Source: Rhodospirillaceae bacterium (GTDB lineage Bacteria > Pseudomonadota > Alphaproteobacteria > MPNO01 > UBA2964). From it: a DNA stretch of 64,000 nucleotides. A program made the position numbers and the translations under genes. Positions 21,681 through 31,977 of this stretch are shown in pieces. Each line of letters opens with the position of its first letter. Positions within the stretch are counted from its first letter, which is position 1. The notes beneath the pieces are model-generated. The model saw nothing but the letters and a program-made list of their open reading frames with translations, did no database searches and had not been told where the DNA came from. The stretch spans positions 31,098 through 95,097 of the forward strand of contig PAPV01000002.1 in the NCBI GenBank assembly GCA_002709075.1. The letters run 5' to 3'.

Positions 21681-22097
21681 CCCTCACTTAAGCAGGAAAA
21701 GGTATAAACTTAGCAAAGCTTATTGATGACGCCAATAGAACTGCTAAATAATCACCTCCACCCATAGTTAATGAATTTTCTGAAAAACAAATCAAAAGCT
21801 TTATTATGTAGGCCGTTGGACTAATAGTTAAATTAGTGATGGCGCTATTTTTTTGAGGCAAATTGTTCAGAATCACAAGTTCAAATGGCACCATAGTAGA
21901 CTTTATAAATGCCAGAAAGACACAATCATGCCTTAATTTTTTTAGTTAAACTTTTTTAAAACTAAAAGGGTTATTTAGGAACACCGTAAATTCTCATTTT
22001 TTCAAATTGTCCTGTGACGGATTGAATTTGTTTTTACAGTCAAATAAGGGTTCTAAGCTAAATTATTTTTTCCCTATAAAATAATAAAACACAGTAT

Positions 22098-22739
22098 TCA
22101 AAATCGTTCTCGGCTCAATAAAAAAATAGCTTGCTCGCCGCATAAATTTGCAGAAATCCCATTTGTAGAGATAGTCTTTTTTGTTCCTTGACTATCAACT
22201 GTCATTGCCTCTTCGACAGTTAAACCAAGATTTTTACATATCATCACAAAATCGAGAATTGTACATGGATGAATATCTTGGGAATTATACCAATTCACCA
22301 TTTGCCCGTTCACCGGAAAACGACCGCGAAATAGGAGCTCTATCCTTTTTTTCCAGTGGCCAAAATTTACAAAAGAGACCAATGCGTGTTTCCCAATACG
22401 CACAAGATTAGATAAGACAACCTCTGGCTGCCTTGTTGCCTGAAGCGTACGGCTGAGAACTACATAATCAAAAGCTTGTTCCGGGTAATCTAAAAGATCA
22501 GTGTCAGCATCACCTTGAATCACGGACAGGCCCCGAGAAACGCATGCATTTACGCCATTTTGGCTGAGTTCTATACCTCGCGCATCACTCCCCTTGTGGT
22601 TAACTAAATAATCAAGAAGTGCACCATCTCCGCAGCCAACATCAAGAACCCGGCAGTTTTCTGCTATCAAACCCGCTATCAGACGTAAGTCATGCCTTAA
22701 GGATTTTAGCATTACGGAAGGTGTTTCGGGGGTATTCAT
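22098..22739 (-). CDS. metW: methionine biosynthesis protein MetW
   Basis: RVLDVGCGDG, GLSVIQGDAD, NFGHW, WY...IHPCTI; the ATG at 22739 overlaps the metX stop (TAATG). Confidence 0.93.
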   Translation of the reverse strand: MNTPETPSVMLKSLRHDLRLIAGLIAENCRVLDVGCGDGALLDYLVNHKGSDARGIELSQNGVNACVSRGLSVIQGDADTDLLDYPEQAFDYVVLSRTLQATRQPEVVLSNLVRIGKHALVSFVNFGHWKKRIELLFRGRFPVNGQMVNWYNSQDIHPCTILDFVMICKNLGLTVEEAMTVDSQGTKKTISTNGISANLCGEQAIFLLSRERF

Positions 22740-23902
22740 TAAAGTCCCATCTGAAGGGCACATCCATCAATAAAACCAGATAAAGTTCGGTGCATCTCGG
22801 GTTCATCAAGAAGAAACGCGTCGTGCCCTTTATCGGTTTCAATTTCAATAAAACTTACATTAGCGGCGACTGCATTTAGAGCACGCACTAAAGTTCTACT
22901 TTCTGTTGTTGGGTACAGCCAATCACTGGAAAATGACATTACACAAAACCGAACATCGGTCCCAACAAAAGCTTGAGCTAGGTTTCCATTGTGGCCTTCA
23001 CTTAAATCAAAATAATCCATCGCCCGAGTGATGTAGAGGTAAGAATTAGGATCAAATCTATCTACAAAGGTGCTGCCCTGATGACGTAAATATGACTCAA
23101 CCTGAAAATCCGCATCGAATCCGAAAGCGAGTTCCTCCCTTCCTTGCAGCCTGCGACCAAATTTTCTATGAAGTGCTGGTTCGGAAAGGTAGGTGATGTG
23201 GGCTTCCATGCGAGCAACTGCTAAACCTCGTGTTGGACACTTATCATTGTTAAGGTAACCACCCTGACACCAGTCAGGATCCGCCATAATTGCTTGCCTT
23301 CCAACTTCATGAAATGCGATATTTTGCGCAGAATGTCGAGGTGCAGCTGCTATTGGAACTGCTGCAAAAATACGGTCACTGTAGCGAGAGGCAAGATCAA
23401 GTACCTGCATGCCTCCCATTGACCCACCAATAGCTAAAAATAATTTGTCGATACCTAAATGATCTAAGAGTCTTATTTGAGCGCGAACCATATCACTAAT
23501 TGTGATTACTGGAAAATCAAGACCCCAAGGCTTTCCGGTACTTGGGTTGATTGATGCAGGTCCGGTGCTACCAAGGCATCCTCCTAATATGTTAGCGCAA
23601 ATCACAAAGAACCGATTTGTATCAAGTATTTTATCTGGGCCAATCATATGATCCCACCAACCTGGTTTACCAGTGAGCGGATGAGGGTTAGCAGCAAATT
23701 GATCCCCTGTAAGTGCATGGCAAACAAGCACGGCATTTGTATGATCTTGATTAAGTTTACCGTAGGTCTCATAAGCTACTACAAATGGACTTAAGCTTTT
23801 ACCACTATCTAAATATAGTGGTTTATCCAGACCCATTTTGACCAAATGTCCTGGTAGATTGCCGTTAGCTACTTGTAATAAAGATAATGATGTTGTTGCC
23901 AT
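22739..23902 (-). CDS. metX: homoserine O-acetyltransferase
   Basis: [49 protein letters not shown]. Confidence 0.95.
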   Translation of the reverse strand: MATTSLSLLQVANGNLPGHLVKMGLDKPLYLDSGKSLSPFVVAYETYGKLNQDHTNAVLVCHALTGDQFAANPHPLTGKPGWWDHMIGPDKILDTNRFFVICANILGGCLGSTGPASINPSTGKPWGLDFPVITISDMVRAQIRLLDHLGIDKLFLAIGGSMGGMQVLDLASRYSDRIFAAVPIAAAPRHSAQNIAFHEVGRQAIMADPDWCQGGYLNNDKCPTRGLAVARMEAHITYLSEPALHRKFGRRLQGREELAFGFDADFQVESYLRHQGSTFVDRFDPNSYLYITRAMDYFDLSEGHNGNLAQAFVGTDVRFCVMSFSSDWLYPTTESRTLVRALNAVAANVSFIEIETDKGHDAFLLDEPEMHRTLSGFIDGCALQMGL

Positions 23903-24057
23903 AACGTACAATTATATTAGAAAAACACTCAAGTTGAAAGCAAATAGCCATTACCTAGTATATAAAAGATCAATGATTTCTTTGCTTTTCGAAAATAGTC
24001 CTTCAAGATATAAACCTCTACTTTCGGCTATTCAACTAGAAACCGGGTGTAACACAT

Positions 24058-24906
24058 ATGACGAAGAGTGAACCTAATCTCTCTGCGATCAGAAATGAAA
24101 TCGATGAGCTTGATAAATCTCTGCATGAACTATTGATGAGACGTGCAGAAATAATTGAACGCGTAAAAGTTGCAAAGACAGGGTCAGATATTTCCGCTTA
24201 CAGGCCTCGCAGAGAATCTGAGGTCTTAAAACAATTGGTTGAAAGACATAGCGGAAAGTTCCCGGTTGTTTCGATTTATCGCATTTGGCGAGAAATAATG
24301 GCTGCCTCCGTAGTTATGCAGGATAAGTTTTCATGCGCGGTTTGGGACGGAAATAATGGAATCTTTCGTACAATTGCGCGCAATCATTTTGGCGCTGTAA
24401 CCCCTCTTCATTTTTATTCGTCGCCAGTAAGAGTTCTTAACGCGGTATCTCAAGGTGAAACAGTAGTAGGTTTACTGCCTATGCCACAGCAGGATGATTT
24501 ATCTCCATGGTGGGCATCTCTATATGGCAGTGATATTAAAAGAGTAGCAATCTGTGGTAGCGTGCCCCGTTATGGGTTCGAGATAGATGCAGGAGCAATA
24601 ATTGTCGGAAACATCGGATTAGAAGAATCAAGTCTTGATAACATTTATTTGATTATTGAAACGGATGGTTCCTTAAGCCAATCCGGTCTTAGGAATGTGC
24701 TTAAAAGATTGGATTTGGAAATTCGCTCATTGTTTCAGGATCCAATGTCATCTCGTGTTGAGGGTAGAGCACTGTTTCTGGCGAAAATAAAAGGGTTCGG
24801 AAGGGTCATCCGAAGTTTAGAAGCTGATATACTTAAAATATCCGGCGCAGTAAAAAATGTTGTATTTATTGGCACATCATTTCAATCACTAAAGGAAACA
24901 GAATGA
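24058..24906 (+). CDS. chorismate mutase (AroQ domain with degenerate PheA-like C-terminal region)
   Basis: LSAIRNEIDELD..L..R, YRPRRE, IWREIM; first gene of the CM-hisC-tyrC operon. Confidence 0.85.
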   Translation: MTKSEPNLSAIRNEIDELDKSLHELLMRRAEIIERVKVAKTGSDISAYRPRRESEVLKQLVERHSGKFPVVSIYRIWREIMAASVVMQDKFSCAVWDGNNGIFRTIARNHFGAVTPLHFYSSPVRVLNAVSQGETVVGLLPMPQQDDLSPWWASLYGSDIKRVAICGSVPRYGFEIDAGAIIVGNIGLEESSLDNIYLIIETDGSLSQSGLRNVLKRLDLEIRSLFQDPMSSRVEGRALFLAKIKGFGRVIRSLEADILKISGAVKNVVFIGTSFQSLKETE

Positions 24907-25994
24907 AACCCCTTGTTCCTAAACCGGGAATACTAGAAATTAAGCCTTATGTCTCAGGTGAGTCGCGCATTCAAGGCATAGAACACGTCATTAAACTATC
25001 TTCCAATGAAAGTGCACTGGGCGCGAGTGCTGAAGCAGTCTCAGCTTACAATGCTGTAAAAAATGGTTTACATTTATATCCGGATGGAAATGCAGTTGAA
25101 TTGCGAGAGGCTATTGGCGTTCAGCACGGCCTAGATCCGAGCCGAATTATATGTGGTGCTGGATCTGATGAATTATTCTATAACTTAGCACGGGCTTACG
25201 CCAGTGTGGGTGACGAAATAATATACAGTAAGCATGGTTTTAATATCTATCCCATAGTTGCTCGCACTGTTGGCGCAACACCTGTTGTGGCACCAGAAAC
25301 TAGTCTAACCTTCAATGTTGATGCTGTTTTATCTAAAGTTACTTCGAATACAAAAATAGTTTTTATTGCTAATCCTAATAATCCGACTGGATCATATATC
25401 TCAGAAAATGAATTATACCGTTTGCGAAAGGATCTGCCTGAAGATATTTTATTTGTAGTAGATGGTGCGTACGCGGAATATGTCACACAGGATGACTATT
25501 CTGACGGCATTTCATTGGTTGACGCTTCAGAGAATACCGTGATGACTCGGACCTTTTCAAAAATTTACGGTCTAGCAGCACTTCGAATAGGGTGGGGTTA
25601 CTGTCCTCCCTCAATTGCAGATGTGTTAAATCGATTGCGCGCTCCTTTTAATTTAACCGTTGCAGCTCAACATGCGGGAGTTGCCGCACTAAACGACACT
25701 GCGCATATTTCTGCCTCAAGATGTCATAATGCGGTTTGGCTACCCTGGTTATCGAATAGATTGAAGGAACTTGGTCTAACTGTTCATCCTAGCGTTGCTA
25801 ATTTTATTTTGGTCCAATTTTCTGAACTCAAGGGCAAGCAGTCTTCGGATGCATATAATTTTTTGGCGCAACACGGTATTCTTACCCGTAAAACAACTGG
25901 TTACGGTCTTCCAGATTGCCTTCGAATTACTATCGGTCGGGAAGATGAAGTAAAAGCAGTGGCCACAATGCTATCAGAATTTGTTTCGAGGTAG
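24903..25994 (+). CDS. hisC: histidinol-phosphate/aromatic aminotransferase
   Basis: KLSSNE, GAGSDE, ANPNNPTG, DGAYAEY, RTFSKIYGLAALRIGW, LRITIG. Confidence 0.95.
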   Translation: MKPLVPKPGILEIKPYVSGESRIQGIEHVIKLSSNESALGASAEAVSAYNAVKNGLHLYPDGNAVELREAIGVQHGLDPSRIICGAGSDELFYNLARAYASVGDEIIYSKHGFNIYPIVARTVGATPVVAPETSLTFNVDAVLSKVTSNTKIVFIANPNNPTGSYISENELYRLRKDLPEDILFVVDGAYAEYVTQDDYSDGISLVDASENTVMTRTFSKIYGLAALRIGWGYCPPSIADVLNRLRAPFNLTVAAQHAGVAALNDTAHISASRCHNAVWLPWLSNRLKELGLTVHPSVANFILVQFSELKGKQSSDAYNFLAQHGILTRKTTGYGLPDCLRITIGREDEVKAVATMLSEFVSR

Positions 25995-26006
25995 AAAGAT
26001 TAGTTT

Positions 26007-26918
26007 ATGTTTCAAAAACCATTTTTTAATCGGATAGCTCTAATTGGTGCAGGGCTAATAGGGTCCTCTCTTTCTCGGGTCATTAAGAAAAAAAATCTGT
26101 CGAATGAAATTGTTGTTTGTGCCCGCAGAGACGAAACATTGAATATTGTTAAAAAATTAGATCTTGCCCATATTGTTACTAAGGATTTGACATTCGCTGT
26201 TACGGACGCTGATCTTGTTGTGCTTTGCACGCCGGTGGGGGTTTACGAAGCTTTGGCAAAAAGAATGAGTCCCGCATTAAAACAAGGCAGTATAGTGTCT
26301 GATGTTGGATCGGTTAAGCAAAGCGCAATAAATATGGTAAAGCCTTATTTAGCTGATGGTGTTCATTTTGTTCCGGGACATCCTATTGCAGGAACTGAGA
26401 ACTCAGGACCAGAGTCCGGTTTTGATACTTTGTTCGAAAATCGATGGGTGATATTAACACCAGAGTCTGGAACAGATCAGAATGCAATAAGTAAGGTAGA
26501 GGAATTATGGAGGTGCGCAGGAGCAAAAACTGAAATAATGGATGCGAAACATCATGATCGCGTTCTTGCCATTACTTCGCATGTGCCGCATTTAATCGCT
26601 TATACAATTGTCGGCACCGCGACTGATTTAGAAGATCGACTGAAAGCTGAAGTGGTGAAATTTGCTGCTTCCGGATTCCGTGATTTTACGCGTATTGCAG
26701 CCTCGGATCCAGTCATGTGGAGAGATATTTTTGTGCATAATAGGAATGCCGTTTTAGAGATGTTGGGGCGTCTTACTGAGGATATATCCACATTACAGCG
26801 CTATGTTCGAGATAGTGATGCAGATAAAATGGAGGAACTATTTTCCCGAACAAGGGAGATTCGAAGATCTGTTATCGAAGCAGGTCAGCATATTTTACCC
26901 TCTCCTAGTAAGGATTAA
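26007..26918 (+). CDS. tyrC: cyclohexadienyl (prephenate/arogenate) dehydrogenase
   Basis: GAGLIGSS, DVGSVK, HPIAGTE, HDRVLAITSHVPH, SGFRDFTRIAASDPVMWRDI. Confidence 0.94.
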   Translation: MFQKPFFNRIALIGAGLIGSSLSRVIKKKNLSNEIVVCARRDETLNIVKKLDLAHIVTKDLTFAVTDADLVVLCTPVGVYEALAKRMSPALKQGSIVSDVGSVKQSAINMVKPYLADGVHFVPGHPIAGTENSGPESGFDTLFENRWVILTPESGTDQNAISKVEELWRCAGAKTEIMDAKHHDRVLAITSHVPHLIAYTIVGTATDLEDRLKAEVVKFAASGFRDFTRIAASDPVMWRDIFVHNRNAVLEMLGRLTEDISTLQRYVRDSDADKMEELFSRTREIRRSVIEAGQHILPSPSKD

Positions 26919-27200
26919 CAAGTTCCATTACTGATCTTAACATCTCATCTAAATTGTTTGTCCTTCCATGGGAATGTATGGGTAATAATTTTTGGTTTTT
27001 TTGAGGTTTGAATTGAGTTATTAAGCTATCGTGTTAGTTTGTTAGTCATTTTGGGCTCAACTTGCAATACTTATGTGTCTTCAGTCGAAAATTTAAAGCC
27101 ATTTGTTGCGAAGCATAACGATTACGTGTGCTCCACAATTTTATTACAATATTGCAATTTTACAGGGCTGTAGAATGTTTGACTCATCCTTCTTGTATAA

Positions 27201-28097
27201 GTGTGTTTGATGTTTTATTCTGAATCTAAAGTGCTTTCGCCGGGACTGACTAGAGCCTCTGCTGCATTATTTATTTTTTTCTGGGCTAGCGGATTTATTT
27301 CTGCGAAGTTTGGATTTCCATATTCTGAACCTTTTACATTTCTTGCTTTAAGATTCGGATTAGCAATTCTCATTATGACGCCACTGTGTATTTTGTGGGG
27401 TGCAATTTGGCCAAAAACCTCTAAAGAGATTTTCCATGTGCTGATCGCAGGGTGGCTTGTACAAACGGTCTATCTTGTCGGAGTTTGGTACAGTATTTGG
27501 CTAGGCGTTGCGACAGGTGTCGTAGCACTTATTGTTGGTTTGCAGCCACTGATAACAGGAATATTTTCTGCATCCTTTTTAGGTGAAAGGGTGAATTCAT
27601 ATCAGTGGTTAGGCCTTTTATTTGGATTTTTTGGGCTGACTTTGGTTGTTACAAATAATATAAATTTTTTTGCTGAACAAATTTGGAGTGTCTCTCTTTG
27701 TCTTTTCGCACTTCTCGGTATAACATTTGGTACGTTTTATCAACGACGTTTCTGTTCTGAGGTAGACATCAGAACAGCCGTCGTTATACAAAATTTTGGC
27801 TCTCTTTTTTTAATACTACCGTTAGCTTTAGTATTTGAGGAGATGGCGGTTGAGTGGACCAATGAATTTGTGTTTGCGTTGTTTTGGTCTGCAGTCGGTC
27901 TTTCGGTTATTGCAATTGCACTGTTCTATATTTTGGTAAGAAATGGCGCAGCAGCAAAGGTAACCTCTATGATTTATTTGAGTCCCCCAACCACCGCTTT
28001 TATGGGATGGTTAGTTTTTGACGAGAGCTTGTCTGGGACTGTTTTAATCGGGTTTGTTTTTGTGGCACTAGGTGTAGCATTGGTCACGCGGAGCTAA
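27201..28097 (+). CDS. DMT/EamA family transporter
   Basis: About 10 TM segments; WASGFISAK, PFTFLALRF, LIVGLQP, YLSPPT. Confidence 0.88.
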   Translation: MCLMFYSESKVLSPGLTRASAALFIFFWASGFISAKFGFPYSEPFTFLALRFGLAILIMTPLCILWGAIWPKTSKEIFHVLIAGWLVQTVYLVGVWYSIWLGVATGVVALIVGLQPLITGIFSASFLGERVNSYQWLGLLFGFFGLTLVVTNNINFFAEQIWSVSLCLFALLGITFGTFYQRRFCSEVDIRTAVVIQNFGSLFLILPLALVFEEMAVEWTNEFVFALFWSAVGLSVIAIALFYILVRNGAAAKVTSMIYLSPPTTAFMGWLVFDESLSGTVLIGFVFVALGVALVTRS

Positions 28098-28100
28098 GTA

Positions 28101-28664
28101 ATGAAAAAGACGCTTTCAAGAACCGAGATTGCTTCACCGGACCCGGGTGATGTATGGTTTTTTGCGTATGGGTCACTTTTGTGGTCTCCAGGGTTTCAAG
28201 TAGTTCAAAAATATCGGGCACAATTGTTCGGTTGGCACCGTCGTTTCTGTGTTAATTCGACAATGTATCGTGGCACCCCAGAAGCCCCAGGACTAGTACT
28301 CGGACTGGATCGGGGTGGTTCTTGTATTGGGTTTGCTCTAAAAATTTGTGCATCTGAACGCGATGAAGTGTTAGCCAAACTAACTTTGCGTGAAATGCAA
28401 GAAGAAATATATTCATGCCGGCCAGTAAATTTGCGAATATGTGATGGAAATTTATCTGCGATAACGTTAACCGTGAATCGTGATCATAGACTCTACTTTC
28501 CTGCTATGAATATAAATCAAGTTGCGAAGAGAATAGCTTCATCAGTTGGTGATCGCGGCTCTAATAAGGAATATCTTGAAAATACTGTTTCGAGCTTGGC
28601 TCATGAAGGTATCGATGACCGTTCTCTTTCCTTGCTTCTTGACAGAGTACGGAAGTTCGGATGA
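28101..28664 (+). CDS. chaC: ChaC-family gamma-glutamylcyclotransferase
   Basis: WFFAYGSLLW, RGTPEAPGLVLGLDRGGSC, RE, GSNKEYL. Confidence 0.9.
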   Translation: MKKTLSRTEIASPDPGDVWFFAYGSLLWSPGFQVVQKYRAQLFGWHRRFCVNSTMYRGTPEAPGLVLGLDRGGSCIGFALKICASERDEVLAKLTLREMQEEIYSCRPVNLRICDGNLSAITLTVNRDHRLYFPAMNINQVAKRIASSVGDRGSNKEYLENTVSSLAHEGIDDRSLSLLLDRVRKFG

Positions 28665-28702
28665 GTTTAAAACATTATGTTTAATTATTGAAAGCAATAA
28701 AT

Positions 28703-29569
28703 ATGAAATTAATCAGCTTTTGCGTTGGAAAAAACGATTATTTTGGAGTAGCAGTTAAGAATGGCATAATTGATTTAACTTCAATAGTATTTGATGGACG
28801 GAAATTTCTCGATTTAAGTGATGCCATATCTGCTGACGGAGGTCTCTCCTCTATAAGAATCGCGGTTCAAGAAGCTGATGGGGTTGATTTTAGTTTTGAT
28901 GAAATAACATATAAATTACCTATACCTCGACCAAAAAAAATTTTTTGTGTAGGTCGTAATTATCGTACATACCATGAAGTGAGAGAGGATGGGCGTCCAG
29001 AGTGGCCGAGTATTTTTCCACGCTTTGTGGACAGCTTTTCCGCTCATGAGGAAGCTATTATTTTTGGCAAAGACGATGGCGATAAACTGGATTATGAGGG
29101 TGAGTTGGTGGCAATAATTTCCAATCATGCCCGCCATGTACAAAAAAACGAGGCACTTTCTTTCGTTGGTGGTTATACTATTGCAAATGAGGGTAGTGTG
29201 AGGAACTGGATTGGCCGCGGAACACAAAATTGTCCTGTCAAAAATCAGTGGCGTTCTGGCTCTATGGGACCTTTTTTGATTACTGCTGATGAAATTCCGG
29301 ATCCAAGTAAACTTAATATTTGTACTAAAGTAAACGGTGAAATACGCCAAAACGGCAGCACTGACATGATGATTTTCGACTTACCATTTGTAATCTCTTA
29401 TATAAGCCGTTTTACACCGTTAGAGCCAGGGGATTGTATTTGCACAGGGTCACCGGGTGGATCTGCAATTGAACATGATCCACCTAAATATCTGAAGCCA
29501 GGAGATAAATTAGAAGTGTCGATTGACGGGATCGGAATTCTAAAAAATCAGGTAGAACCAGAAGCTTAG
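28703..29569 (+). CDS. fumarylacetoacetate hydrolase family protein
   Basis: KIFCVGRNY, LDYEGEL, GYTIANEGSVR, MIFD, LEPGDCICTGSP. Confidence 0.9.
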   Translation: MKLISFCVGKNDYFGVAVKNGIIDLTSIVFDGRKFLDLSDAISADGGLSSIRIAVQEADGVDFSFDEITYKLPIPRPKKIFCVGRNYRTYHEVREDGRPEWPSIFPRFVDSFSAHEEAIIFGKDDGDKLDYEGELVAIISNHARHVQKNEALSFVGGYTIANEGSVRNWIGRGTQNCPVKNQWRSGSMGPFLITADEIPDPSKLNICTKVNGEIRQNGSTDMMIFDLPFVISYISRFTPLEPGDCICTGSPGGSAIEHDPPKYLKPGDKLEVSIDGIGILKNQVEPEA

Positions 29570-29844
29570 TTTAATTGAAAGTTGAAGTGTAATTTCTTAT
29601 ATATAACCTGCAATTAATAACAAACAAAAATACAAATTATCCTCCAAGTTTCGGGGGATACTGCGAGCTAATATCAATCATGAAAAACTCATCGATGCTT
29701 GAGTTGTTGTGAATAGACACATAAAGTTTGAAAGTGTTTGTCAATTCTATTGACGACATTCACGGATGAAGGGACCATCTCCGTAAGTGGGGATTGTAAG
29801 CACATTTCATCTTTTAATAATGAAGGTAATTGGGGAGAATATTC

Positions 29845-30300
29845 GTGGTGTTAACTGACGATATGAAGTCAATAATTAAGAATGCGAATCTTGCATTTTT
29901 TGCGACAATTAATGAAGATGGCAGTCCAAATCTTTCGCCTAAAAGCACACTCCGCACTATAAATGGTAATAGCCTTATTTTTGCTAATCTTGCTTCACCG
30001 GGAACAATACGCAATTTGAATCGTGATCCGCGAATAGAGATTAATTGTGTAGATATTTTTTCTCGGAGAGGTTATCGGTTTACAGGAGTGGCAACAGTTC
30101 ATGTTGAGGGCGAAACGACTTTTGAGAAATTTAAGACACAAATGGCTAAGGAACTAGGGCCTAAAACAATAGTTTATAACGCAGTAACTATTCAGATAAA
30201 AAAAGTATCTCCAATAATGTCGCCTGCATATAACAATCCGAATGTAACTGAAGAACGATTGCGAGAAACTTATCTAAAAAAATATGGAGTGAGCAGTTAG
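29845..30300 (+). CDS. pyridoxamine 5'-phosphate oxidase-like FMN-binding protein
   Basis: FATINEDGSPNLSPK, SPGTIRNL..DPRIE, RRGYRF; GGGGAG RBS before the GTG at 29845. Confidence 0.8.
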   Translation: MVLTDDMKSIIKNANLAFFATINEDGSPNLSPKSTLRTINGNSLIFANLASPGTIRNLNRDPRIEINCVDIFSRRGYRFTGVATVHVEGETTFEKFKTQMAKELGPKTIVYNAVTIQIKKVSPIMSPAYNNPNVTEERLRETYLKKYGVSS

Positions 30301-30635
30301 AATTTGGTAATAAGGGGTAAAAAAATTAGCTTTTGAAATGATAAAATCCTATACTTTTTTTATTTAGTGAATGGTTATTTAATTATAATTAAGATGTATT
30401 CAGATGTATTTTGTATATTTAGGTTGCTGCTCGGAAAAAAATAACTGATTTTTAGCTTTTTAAAATAGTTTGACTTATAAGTTTTAAAAACTTCATTTGT
30501 TTAAACAATTGTAGGAAATTGAAATTATTTTGACTAAAAGTTTGATTTTTTCTTCAAGGCATTTTGGTTTCAAGAAGAATAGTGAGAGTTTTGAGCCTTG
30601 TATTAAACTACAGGGTAAGCGTACTTGTTTGGTAA

Positions 30636-31355
30636 CTAAAAGTAATTTTTCGGGGGATCTATTTTAGTTTGTGCTTCAGTTATAACGTTTGTTAATTGGT
30701 GTAAAAACTCGCGTTTCTTAAGTCCAGGCTCAATAGGTGGTAAAAATTTTAGGGTAATCGTGCCGGGGTAGCGGAAGAATTTGCGCCGCTGCCACAAACG
30801 ACCTGAGTTTAAAGCTACCGGTATTACAGGTATTCCTAAGTCGGTGTATAATGCGGTTATCCCTGGATGTAATATCCCAATTTGACCGGGTGGAACACGT
30901 GTGCCCTCGGGAAAAACAATTAGCGATCTGCCCGAACTAATAAATGCACGAGCTTTCCGACGCATGTTCCGCAAAGAAGAAACGCCTCTACCTCGATCAA
31001 TAGCAATAGTTCCATATTTTCGAAGATACCATCCGTAGAAAGGGATTATTTGCAATTCATACTTTAGGACTGCAACGGCCCCTGGTAGAATAATTGGAAG
31101 AACTATTGTATCCCAAGCAGACTGATGCTTAAAAGCAAAGAGAACCGGTTCATCTGGAATATTCTTCCAACCCTCAACCTCGTGTTTTATTCCGCAAACT
31201 AACCTTAACATACCAAGAACCCCTAAACTCCAAACTCGACTTGCCCAGATCATATAAGCATATGGAAAAAACATCAGAGGCAAAAAAAGAAATGCTAGAA
31301 TGGAAGTCCATATCCAGAAGAAAAGTTGAAAAAGAGTGGAGCCAAGAAAAATCAT
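30636..31355 (-). CDS. plsC: 1-acyl-sn-glycerol-3-phosphate acyltransferase (LPLAT)
   Basis: KHQSAWDT (HxxxxD), IDR, FPEGTR, PVALNSG. Confidence 0.88.
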   Translation of the reverse strand: MIFLGSTLFQLFFWIWTSILAFLFLPLMFFPYAYMIWASRVWSLGVLGMLRLVCGIKHEVEGWKNIPDEPVLFAFKHQSAWDTIVLPIILPGAVAVLKYELQIIPFYGWYLRKYGTIAIDRGRGVSSLRNMRRKARAFISSGRSLIVFPEGTRVPPGQIGILHPGITALYTDLGIPVIPVALNSGRLWQRRKFFRYPGTITLKFLPPIEPGLKKREFLHQLTNVITEAQTKIDPPKNYF

Positions 31356-31359
31356 CGAG

Positions 31360-31977
31360 CTAACTGCCTATAGTCGGCCAAAGTCCAGCGAGGTAAGTAA
31401 TCAAAAGTTTATTATACTCGGATGCGACTATTTTTAATAACCGTGTTTTTTTCCACCAGTGAGGGCCACGAAAATCTTCAGTAACAACGGCGTGAGGTAT
31501 AATATAAGAATTAGGCATAACACGACTGAATTCCACCATGCTTCGGGGCATATGATAGTTAGATGTAACTAAACGCATCGACGTGAAGCCTTTGTTTTTC
31601 ATCCAATCATGAGTTTCTTTGGCATTTCCCGCAGTATTGTCCGCCTTGTATCCAACCGAAATACAACAAGTTAAATCTTGCAAATTACGTTGTGTTAACT
31701 GCACAAGAGTTTGAAGATCCACACCTTTTGCCACACCAGATATAAATAAATGATCGGCAAGCTCATATTCGTCGAGTAATTTGAGGCCTTCGTTTAATCG
31801 ACCAGAACCCCCAGTAAGCACAATAATTGCGTTAGTCTTTGAGAGGTTCATCTGAGGTAAAAATGGTATGCGGTTCACAAATTCAAAGAAACCAATTGCC
31901 CACGTTACAAAAAGTAATGAAAGAATTATAAACATACTACGTAGTTTTGAACGGAAGAGCGATGGGCTTTGCGTCAT
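31360..31977 (-). CDS. YdcF/ElyC (DUF218) family protein
   Basis: IIVLTGGSGR, LFISGV, NTAGNA.E, VTSNYHMPRS, EYNK. Confidence 0.88.
   Translation of the reverse strand: MTQSPSLFRSKLRSMFIILSLLFVTWAIGFFEFVNRIPFLPQMNLSKTNAIIVLTGGSGRLNEGLKLLDEYELADHLFISGVAKGVDLQTLVQLTQRNLQDLTCCISVGYKADNTAGNAKETHDWMKNKGFTSMRLVTSNYHMPRSMVEFSRVMPNSYIIPHAVVTEDFRGPHWWKKTRLLKIVASEYNKLLITYLAGLWPTIGS

Noticed and set aside
23903-24057. SAM-II (SAM-alpha) riboswitch expected upstream of metX
   Set aside because: Only a TGGCTATTTG fragment resembles the consensus; the pairing CTTGCAGCCAC and GCTAAA elements are missing.
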